Part shown: positions 19,765-27,589 of the stretch, piece by piece
Layout of the letters: each line of letters begins with the position of its first letter
How positions within the stretch are numbered: the stretch's first letter is position 1
Virus record (IMG/VR): IMGVR_UViG_3300007513_000004
Coordinates: 62,001-126,000 of that record
DNA: 64,000 nucleotides
Direction: 5' to 3' (one strand)
Made by a program: the position numbers and the translations under genes
Notes under the pieces: generated by a model
Told to the model about the DNA's origin: nothing
Databases searched by the model: none
The model's input: the letters and a program-made list of their open reading frames with translations, nothing else

Positions 19765-20553
19765 TTAGTCTAATGCTATTACAGAATTTCTTGCTGCTTC
19801 CCAATCTATTTTAGACGAAGGTAAAACCCAAACCATATCCTCCATTAATACCGGACCTTCTCTAAAACTACCAACACTTATGGCGAATAATATACCTGTC
19901 AAGTTTCCATGTTTATCAAACACGCAAGATCCAGATGATCCCATCCATGCTGCTGCATGCATTATAAGGTTATCTCCTTCGGTTCCGGCCATATATCCTC
20001 GGATTGTTGTCAAGCTATGTTGAGCTGGATATCCAGAAAATACCAATTCAGATCCAACTCTATCTTCTATATCATATCTCGGAAGTTTAAGCTTTAAAGG
20101 TTTAATTTTTTTAAACTCTGGAATCAATATTATTGCAAAATCCCTCTGTGAATCCTTATGCACCAAGACCCCAAGCCTGGCATTATTCCATTGATCAGTA
20201 ACCAGATAAATACCACTATCATCAGTTAGATGTGCTGCAGTAAAAACCACATGATGCCCTTCAAACAAGAAGTATGCTCCAGACCCATGACCCCCGCTTT
20301 GTGTTGAAACTTTCACAGAAGCATTCCTGGTTGCGACTTCTATTCTTGACATAGATGCCAATTCTATTTCAAAATCTTTTTTTACATTTTCACTTAGGCT
20401 TGGGCTTGTACTTGCGCTTGTGTCTTCGCCCGTGGTCGCAACAGGCTCTTCGCTTGATCCAGCTTCTTGTGCAATACCATTTGTTTGGTTTGCAGGAATT
20501 AGCAAAAGGGCCAATATTAACGGAAAAAGAAATAGGTATGCTTTGTGCTTCAT
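19765..20553 (-). CDS. Secreted/membrane trypsin-like serine protease
   Basis: Signal peptide; TAAH, DFA, GSSGS catalytic triad motifs. Confidence 0.88.
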   Translation of the reverse strand: MKHKAYLFLFPLILALLLIPANQTNGIAQEAGSSEEPVATTGEDTSASTSPSLSENVKKDFEIELASMSRIEVATRNASVKVSTQSGGHGSGAYFLFEGHHVVFTAAHLTDDSGIYLVTDQWNNARLGVLVHKDSQRDFAIILIPEFKKIKPLKLKLPRYDIEDRVGSELVFSGYPAQHSLTTIRGYMAGTEGDNLIMHAAAWMGSSGSCVFDKHGNLTGILFAISVGSFREGPVLMEDMVWVLPSSKIDWEAARNSVIALD

Positions 20554-20591
20554 TCGGCTTTCCTCCTGTTTATAGGAAAATTATTAGCCGA

Positions 20592-21092
20592 TTATAGATT
20601 TAGCAACAAAAAGCACACAATAGAGTTGTTTATAACGTGAGCTAATATAGATGGAAATATTGAATCTGACCGAAGTCTAAGCCATCCAATGTATATTCCT
20701 ATTGGAAAAACACCAACAATATGTTCTGGATCTACATGGGCAAATGCAAACAAAATGCTTGTTAAAAAGAAAGCATAAGTTTCATCGGAAAATTTCTTTA
20801 AAAGCTTCCAAAAAATTCCTCTGAAAAAAAGCTCTTCTAAAATTGGAGTTATAATGCATACTGATAATAATATTAAATAGAAGTCATAAGTCTGAGGGCC
20901 CATGATCACCTCATACCAAGGCTGCAGTCCGTCTGGGACTTCCTTTACAGACTCATCAATCAAGGGGCTTCTGAACCACATTGGAACCATTGCCATCAAT
21001 ATTGTTCCGAAGATAGCCCACAAATAATCGCTAACCTCACCGGCCCTTAAAGCAAATGTATCTTTTAGGTATTTTTTTACAGCCTTAATCAT
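20592..21092 (-). CDS. CPBP (CAAX/Abi) intramembrane metalloprotease
   Basis: PILEELFFRG, FAFAH, SILAHVINN. Confidence 0.9.
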   Translation of the reverse strand: MIKAVKKYLKDTFALRAGEVSDYLWAIFGTILMAMVPMWFRSPLIDESVKEVPDGLQPWYEVIMGPQTYDFYLILLSVCIITPILEELFFRGIFWKLLKKFSDETYAFFLTSILFAFAHVDPEHIVGVFPIGIYIGWLRLRSDSIFPSILAHVINNSIVCFLLLNL

Positions 21093-21126
21093 AGCTATAA
21101 AAATTATACCAAATATTTATATTATT

Positions 21127-21462
21127 TTAAAATACTTTTAGAATCCACAAAATAGCGCCCATCATAAATTGAGCAGCTATAAATACGCCAATAGCTTTTG
21201 TCTTAAAAGAATTAAGATCATCCACCTTTGCAATAAGCTCTTTTAATTGAGTTGGAGAAGACACGTCGTCCATCTTTTCTTTCCAGGCTCTTAATTCGTC
21301 AATGCGATCTTCTTTTACTTTTATCTCAATTATCTCTTGCTTTAATTCTTGTATTTGTGTGTTTAGATTGTCAAGGCTATCAGCAAGCGACTCAAGTTCT
21401 TTGAGCACAAGCTTAGAATATTCATTCCAACCATTTTGATGATTATCCGCCATCTTCAACAA
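21127..21462 (-). CDS. Coiled-coil protein with C-terminal TM helix (holin/XhlA-like possible)
   Basis: NGWNEYSKLVLKEL, heptad region, C-terminal hydrophobic helix. Confidence 0.55.
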   Translation of the reverse strand: MLKMADNHQNGWNEYSKLVLKELESLADSLDNLNTQIQELKQEIIEIKVKEDRIDELRAWKEKMDDVSSPTQLKELIAKVDDLNSFKTKAIGVFIAAQFMMGAILWILKVF

Positions 21463-21718
21463 CCTTCTTGCATCCTCTTTCCGAAACTAAGCTGGATATT
21501 CCATTCAATCTTTCAATAACTGTATTGATATTATTTTGATTTTCCCTATTTTCTACTGAGATTTCGCCAAGGGCATCTTTCGCCTCCTGAATATTTAACA
21601 ATATATCCCACAGCGTTGAGGCGTTAATTTTTAATTGTTCGTCGCGATCTTCTAAATCATCGCATAAAGCTTTAAGCTTATTTAAATTTTCTCTACAGGC
21701 TTTCATTACGTTCTCCAA
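21443..21718 (-). CDS. Hypothetical coiled-coil protein
   Basis: 91-aa ORF tiling with its neighbours. Confidence 0.55.
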   Translation of the reverse strand: MENVMKACRENLNKLKALCDDLEDRDEQLKINASTLWDILLNIQEAKDALGEISVENRENQNNINTVIERLNGISSLVSERGCKKVVEDGG

Positions 21719-21813
21719 ATAATAATTATAAATAAATTAACTTTTAAGAACTTAACAAATACTAACACTTTATGTCTAAATAATTAGCATGTAATAAAAA
21801 TATGTGATATTTA

Positions 21814-22275
21814 TTATACAGAAATATATCCAAAGCCTTTAACTACACAAAGCCTGTCATCATATGAGCATTTTGGTATTTCTAATTCTAAATATAAATT
21901 TTCCCAAACTACATTCAGACAGGTCTCTGTTTCCCACCCCCACTCTAGGTCATCCTCCTCTGCATTTGAGCAAAGTAATTCGTTCTCAGTTGCACGAGCG
22001 GCCATGGCATCTTTGATGAGATGACCTGTGTTTAATTCTAAATTTGCTCCACATAGAAATAATGTTGTGTCATAATATGGATCATCTTGAAAATAATAAA
22101 GCTTTATATGTCCCGTTAATGGGTCTGTTGCGACATCCTCTTCGCACAAGGTAATTGTCTCGCCCCATCTAGCGCATGAAAGTTCAAAGTCACCCTCTTT
22201 TTCTTTAAAAAGTTCTGAGCAACCAGTTGTTAAAATTAATAATAAACTTAAAAAAATTCCTTTTGCATTTAACAA
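21814..22275 (-). CDS. Cys-rich lipoprotein
   Basis: Lipobox LTTGC, multiple Cys. Confidence 0.65.
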   Translation of the reverse strand: MLNAKGIFLSLLLILTTGCSELFKEKEGDFELSCARWGETITLCEEDVATDPLTGHIKLYYFQDDPYYDTTLFLCGANLELNTGHLIKDAMAARATENELLCSNAEEDDLEWGWETETCLNVVWENLYLELEIPKCSYDDRLCVVKGFGYISV

Positions 22276-22872
22276 TTATTCTCCCATGGTGTCTTGAATC
22301 AACATATCAATATAAGAAGAGCTATATCCCCGCATACTTGTATTTAAAACCATTTCATCTGTAATGAAATAAAAGGTCGGCCAACTTGTGATGTTCCATC
22401 CGGATGTTGAACTGTAATCAATTATCGAACGATCACCCGCAAGAACCGGCTCTGAAATACCATAATCATCTGCCCAACCTTTACAGTCATCAACCGTAGG
22501 GGCAGTACCTTGGGGTGTTTCAATTAAGACCGTTAGATATGAAAGATTTTCATACGCATCTGCAACAGCTTGAACCTCAGAAGCCGCACTATTGCAAGGG
22601 CCGCACCACATTACGCTAAAATCCAAAACTATAGTATCTCCATAAAAATCATACAAAGATACGTCATTACCATTTTGATCTGTTAAAGTGAAATTGCATG
22701 GATGATCTCCCATGTTTTGCGAACAAGTCTCCCATGTCGCAAAAGAATATTCTTCACTACCATTTTCACCGTTATTTGCTGTATCATTTTCGCTTTCAAT
22801 ATTTTGCGTGCAAGCAGAACATGCCGTAAGCATTACTGAAATAAAAAATAAACATATTTTTTTACCAAACAT
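22276..22872 (-). CDS. TlpA/thioredoxin-like lipoprotein (paralogue of the 11724 ORF)
   Basis: LTAC lipobox; WETC...HPCNFTLTDQNG; WCGPC; SWPT. Confidence 0.88.
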   Translation of the reverse strand: MFGKKICLFFISVMLTACSACTQNIESENDTANNGENGSEEYSFATWETCSQNMGDHPCNFTLTDQNGNDVSLYDFYGDTIVLDFSVMWCGPCNSAASEVQAVADAYENLSYLTVLIETPQGTAPTVDDCKGWADDYGISEPVLAGDRSIIDYSSTSGWNITSWPTFYFITDEMVLNTSMRGYSSSYIDMLIQDTMGE

Positions 22873-22897
22873 TTTAACTCCCTATGTTTGTTGCTGT

Positions 22898-24517
22898 TTA
22901 TTGAGATCCATCTTCATTTGGTTCTTCACTACAGTCTGCCCAAACTGCATATGAAATATCTATCAAACTTCCATCTGCTGGCGCTATAGTGAATGTTACA
23001 GAGTTTGAAGAGCTACTGTATGTCCAATCTGTACTGATAGAACTGTCAACCAACACTTCTATGGTATCTTCTATTGGATCGCCAGAAAGAGGAAAATCCA
23101 TTAATGCCATCGACTCTCTAGCAAGAGTGTCCATCTGGGTTCCCCAATCAGATGCGCAAATAGACATAAAGGTTCCGCCTAGATCATTTACCACATCATA
23201 GTATCCGTCTCCAAATTGTGCTCCACCATTTGTTGAGCACCCGCTCGGATAATCTCCAGCGACAGCATGAGCTGCAACCATTGAGCTTGAAGATTTAAGA
23301 CTTGCAAGATGACTGCTTACTTCGGACGGAGTTACATAGGCGCTAGACCCATCTGGCTCGTCAGACACATATATAACAGCCAGCTTTGCATCTGATCTTA
23401 AAAACGCACTTCCAATACCGGCATCTGCTCCGGGTTGGGTTGCAAGGTATGAATAATAAAGGCCCTTCTCCATCGCACTACCTGTAGTTCCAATGCTATC
23501 AACAATATCTCCAACCTCTGTAATCGGATCTGGAGAGGATGCAGTTACAATGGTTCCGTTTACAAAGTTTTCATCATCTGTTGTGATAAATGCAATTTGA
23601 TAGTCAACACCAGCAGAGGAAAATACTGCTATAAATGAGTCAAAATTATTTTTAAAATTAAGCTGATTGGACCACATAGATCCTGAATTATCTATAACAA
23701 ATAGAATATCAGTGATTGCCATACCATCTTGTTCGAAGTTATCAATAACATAACTTTCATAGTCGCCTAGCCCATCTTGGTCTGAGGTTACAATCGGATT
23801 CAAGGGATCACTAGACGTAACCTCTATATAGGCTGAGTCATCATATATGTCTAGGGGCGTATATGAAACGTCCAAACTAATTGTTTCTCCCGGAGTCATC
23901 GTCCAAGGCAGGGGTCCATATTCTATTTCATATTCTCCAAGATCAAAGTCAACAGGAAGGGTTGCAAAATATTCTACGTCACTAATCTCCAATGAAACAT
24001 TTCCAACATTTCCTATAACGACCTCAAGTGTATCATCACACCCTAAATATACAGATCCAAAGTCATAATACTCTGGACTTATCTCTATGACCGGAGCATC
24101 GCCCGAGCCTCCGATTGGAACCCATGTATCTGGTTCGTCTTCATCATTAGATAATATGCTGACAATATCACTATTTGTTTCGTATGTATCCGGATTATAT
24201 GTAACGGCAAGATCTGTTGACTCCCAAGGCTCTAACGACGAAACCGATAGAGCACTTAGAGCAAAGGTCGAATCTCCATTCACAAGAGATACTCCATCCA
24301 AAGTTAAGGTGTCACTACCAATGTTTGATATGCTTATAATGATCTGATCACCATAGCCATTGGCGTCTATTGCTCCAAACGCATGCTCCACTGGAGTTAC
24401 ATCTATCTCCGGAGCTAACACTGGCGGTTCGGTTTCTTCTGGTATCACTGATAACTTATAATCGCTACACCCAGTAAAAAATATTAAACACAAACTCGCT
24501 ATAACTAACCTAAACAT
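22898..24517 (-). CDS. Lipoprotein with Ig-like (choice-of-anchor D/ASH-like) domains and a vWA domain
   Basis: FTGC lipobox; two Ig-like repeats (ISNIG/IGNVG); MIDAS DILFVIDNSGSM; VSDEPD. Confidence 0.85.
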   Translation of the reverse strand: MFRLVIASLCLIFFTGCSDYKLSVIPEETEPPVLAPEIDVTPVEHAFGAIDANGYGDQIIISISNIGSDTLTLDGVSLVNGDSTFALSALSVSSLEPWESTDLAVTYNPDTYETNSDIVSILSNDEDEPDTWVPIGGSGDAPVIEISPEYYDFGSVYLGCDDTLEVVIGNVGNVSLEISDVEYFATLPVDFDLGEYEIEYGPLPWTMTPGETISLDVSYTPLDIYDDSAYIEVTSSDPLNPIVTSDQDGLGDYESYVIDNFEQDGMAITDILFVIDNSGSMWSNQLNFKNNFDSFIAVFSSAGVDYQIAFITTDDENFVNGTIVTASSPDPITEVGDIVDSIGTTGSAMEKGLYYSYLATQPGADAGIGSAFLRSDAKLAVIYVSDEPDGSSAYVTPSEVSSHLASLKSSSSMVAAHAVAGDYPSGCSTNGGAQFGDGYYDVVNDLGGTFMSICASDWGTQMDTLARESMALMDFPLSGDPIEDTIEVLVDSSISTDWTYSSSSNSVTFTIAPADGSLIDISYAVWADCSEEPNEDGSQ

Positions 24518-24525
24518 TTTTTCTC

Positions 24526-25398
24526 CTAAGCATACACTTGATATCCAACCTCCACCAGAGTTCCATAATCTGGCAGAAAGTCAAGCTTAACCGTGTTTGT
24601 CTCCTCAATATATTTCCAACCACTTGTAACTTGACCATCTATATAAACTATTAATGAATCTAAAATGGGCGTTTCTTCACTAAGGATTATATAATCTCTT
24701 ATCTCTGTTAAGTATGAAGATTCTGAAAGCCACATAGACCAATCTTCTTCGCAAATATCTATAGAATTTTTTCCATAAAGAGATGAAAGCTCTTCATATT
24801 TATATCCCACATCATATACGTATCCGCAGCTGCTGTCTTCAACCTGAATAATTGTAACAACATCGTGCCTAACTTCATAAAACTCCTGTTGGAGCCATTC
24901 TTGAAAAACCGCAGCTGTGATGCCGCTTTGTTCATCTTCGTCGGAAATCAAAAATAAAAGAAAATCTGCTTCAGGGCGAGAAAACTCCATACCCTCTTCT
25001 GATGTCATAAACGAATATGTTGCAGCAAAACCCTCTTCATACCCGGCGGATGAAAGCAGGTATGGGGCCATCAACATGTCTATTGTTGTTGAGGACGAAT
25101 CATACGGACCAACATAACTTAGGTTGGTCGGATCCATTGTTATATATCCAAACTGATAATCTAAAGTGAGGCCTTCAATATCAGAGCGCAAAAGCTCCAT
25201 TCCGCCAGCTACTGCATCAAAGTTGTCATTCATTGAGCCGGAGGTGTCCAGCGATATTAAAACGTCTAGCTCCTCTACTGGATCTGCCTGTATGAATGAA
25301 TCTACAATTACACGAGTTTCTCTTTGTTCTACAATTGAAATGTCACTTTGACATCCCCCGACCAGCAACGCAAATAATGCTATGTAGAAAAACTTCAC
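24526..25398 (-). CDS. vWA-domain lipoprotein
   Basis: GGC lipobox; LDTSGSM MIDAS; ISDEDEQS; paralogous to the downstream gene. Confidence 0.85.
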   Translation of the reverse strand: MKFFYIALFALLVGGCQSDISIVEQRETRVIVDSFIQADPVEELDVLISLDTSGSMNDNFDAVAGGMELLRSDIEGLTLDYQFGYITMDPTNLSYVGPYDSSSTTIDMLMAPYLLSSAGYEEGFAATYSFMTSEEGMEFSRPEADFLLFLISDEDEQSGITAAVFQEWLQQEFYEVRHDVVTIIQVEDSSCGYVYDVGYKYEELSSLYGKNSIDICEEDWSMWLSESSYLTEIRDYIILSEETPILDSLIVYIDGQVTSGWKYIEETNTVKLDFLPDYGTLVEVGYQVYA

Positions 25399-25553
25399 TT
25401 AAACCCACCAATAAACTTAATAGTACCTATATAAGCATTGAATATTAATTGTTTTTTACATGTGGTTTAAGTATAACATTGGTTTTGATATGTCGTGTCT
25501 GAGAACAGCATTTGGGCATTATATATTATCTCTTTGATAATCAATAACAAATA

Positions 25554-25934
25554 TTATTTATTCTTTTTTCGTCTTTTTCTGCGTTTTCTTCTTCTATATT
25601 GAACAACGTCTATACCCTTTGCCATTATATCATCAAAAAGATGTCCTTGAAAATCTGTATCATATACCAGAAGTCCTTGTTTGTGAATTCTGCTTATTCC
25701 CTCATCTTGTACTAGTATTGTCAATATCTCCGCAATAGATGCAGAGCTTTGAACCTCAGCAGATTCGGCAAGAACCGTGAGAATCTCTGCAACGGATGCA
25801 GAGCTTTGAACCTCAGCAGATTCGGCAAGAACCGTGAGAATCTCTGCAACGGATGCAGAGCTTTGAACCTCAGTAGCTTGAGATACTACTGTTAATACTT
25901 CTGCAATAGCAGAAGAACTGTATATCTGCCCCAA
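25554..25934 (-). CDS. Protein with 19-aa tandem repeats and a poly-basic C-terminus
   Basis: (EVQSSASVAEILTVLAESA)n; ends YRRRKRRKRRKKNK. Confidence 0.65.
   Translation of the reverse strand: MGQIYSSSAIAEVLTVVSQATEVQSSASVAEILTVLAESAEVQSSASVAEILTVLAESAEVQSSASIAEILTILVQDEGISRIHKQGLLVYDTDFQGHLFDDIMAKGIDVVQYRRRKRRKRRKKNK
25741..25873. repeat. 57-bp coding tandem repeat (2.3 exact copies plus degenerate flanks)
   Basis: gcagagctttgaacctcagcagattcggcaagaaccgtgagaatctctgcaacggat at 25741 and 25798, partial at 25855. Confidence 0.9.
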
Positions 25935-25949
25935 CTTGACCTCCCATTA

Positions 25950-27500
25950 TCAGCCACCACCACCGGCGGTATCAACCTTGAGGCCTATCCTCATAGAGTC
26001 AATTACAAAAGACCTGTCTGCCGGGTTGCCATTGGGAATAAGGGGACCGGGATTGCCGTCGCCATTGCCATCTGGATTTTGATCAAAAACAGCAGATACT
26101 ATTTGAAAATCGGTACCAGCCAGACCCTTAGACATCGATGCGTCACCGGTCGCGGCAGCCCCATTGGTCGGCGGAGCCTTAAATGTTAGTTGTACCGTTT
26201 CATTACTTGCTTCCGTAAACTTACATACATTTATAACACGTATAGCTCTAATCTCACCAATCTTACTATCCCAAGCAGCATCAACCATATCTCTATCCCA
26301 CGTGTCTACAGTGTATTTAGAATTTTCTCCAATGTCATTAGTTTTCAAGTAAGTATCTCCCGCATAAGAAATTGGATTTTCTGGAAGATTAGGATCGGTA
26401 GGAGTAAAGTTGTCATCTCCCTGGATAGCCAGATGGGACGTGGCATTGCCGAGGGCGGCGCTTCCATCTGATGCTTTCCAATTTCCCCACTCATTAGTAT
26501 CGTCATTCCCACCTTCGCCTCCAGATTCATTCACCGGATACACACCCTGTATTACTTGATTCAAAGTTGTGGTCTGAGCTATGGTTCCCTGCAGATCCGA
26601 AAAGTCAGGGCTCTGACCTGGTTGCCAATGATCATAAACTACAACATTATCGAAGAGGGTGCGAATAGCGCTACCTTCATTTGCATCAGTATTTGATGTC
26701 AAAAAAGAATAATACTCAATAGCCTGAGCGGCCGGGGCTTCCTCCGTGGACGGAAACTGAATTTCTGCGTTTATAGTAACAACGTCCACCCCGTCTACAT
26801 TGATTACCAACAACCCATCGCTATCCTGAGGATTCTCTCCGGCTGCGCCGCCAACGACTACGGTAATTGCAATTTGATGCCATGAAGGGGTTCCTGCGGC
26901 ACTGACATTGAAACAAGACTGCGTTGTTTGGCCGAGGATGCTTCCATTGTCATGAGTTTTTACATAGAGTCCGGCCTTGCTGGGGTTATTGCCTGCGTCG
27001 TTTTTAAAGCTTAATCTAAAAAGCGGCGAGCCGTCCTCTATCTTATTTCCACCAGCATCTGAGAACAATCTTCCTAAATCACCGTCCCAAAATCGGCACA
27101 ATTGATCCTTGCCCTCCTCAAAGGCCTCTGGCGCTCTGTAGAAAAATCGAAAGCCCATTCTTTTGAGGCCCTTGCCGCCGGTGCCATGTATATTGCTTGC
27201 CCCACCATCAAGAAGATTCGGGGGTGATAAAAATTCTATGTGTGAATCCTGAGGCGCAGTCAAGGCCAAGGCGCACTTTCCACCACCTGGCGGAATAGCT
27301 CCGTTAATCATGCCTGCTTCAGTATCATTTGTACTGATATTGCTTAACAGGTTAACGTTTTGAGACCCTGGATCTTGAGTGGTTGTATATGCAACATACG
27401 CTCTATCATTACCGCCACCATATGCAGCACCGTTAATAGTGTGTATTCCGTCACCAAGAGACGCGTTTACTTCATATCCATCCATATGACTTATGCCCAT
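25950..27500 (-). CDS. Putative virion protein with concanavalin/LamG-like beta-sandwich
   Basis: G/N/D-rich; WHQIAITV...LVINVDG...FDNVVVYD pattern. Confidence 0.5.
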   Translation of the reverse strand: MGISHMDGYEVNASLGDGIHTINGAAYGGGNDRAYVAYTTTQDPGSQNVNLLSNISTNDTEAGMINGAIPPGGGKCALALTAPQDSHIEFLSPPNLLDGGASNIHGTGGKGLKRMGFRFFYRAPEAFEEGKDQLCRFWDGDLGRLFSDAGGNKIEDGSPLFRLSFKNDAGNNPSKAGLYVKTHDNGSILGQTTQSCFNVSAAGTPSWHQIAITVVVGGAAGENPQDSDGLLVINVDGVDVVTINAEIQFPSTEEAPAAQAIEYYSFLTSNTDANEGSAIRTLFDNVVVYDHWQPGQSPDFSDLQGTIAQTTTLNQVIQGVYPVNESGGEGGNDDTNEWGNWKASDGSAALGNATSHLAIQGDDNFTPTDPNLPENPISYAGDTYLKTNDIGENSKYTVDTWDRDMVDAAWDSKIGEIRAIRVINVCKFTEASNETVQLTFKAPPTNGAAATGDASMSKGLAGTDFQIVSAVFDQNPDGNGDGNPGPLIPNGNPADRSFVIDSMRIGLKVDTAGGGG

Positions 27501-27589
27501 TTTTATATCTCCTTAAAAATTTTTTATTATATATAAACTTACTGGACTAAACTTTCTGTAAAATCAATATTAATTAATAGAACCAAAGT

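Noticed and set aside
25741-25873. Possible CRISPR array
   Set aside because: The 57-bp units are head-to-tail with no unique spacers and keep frame inside a CDS.
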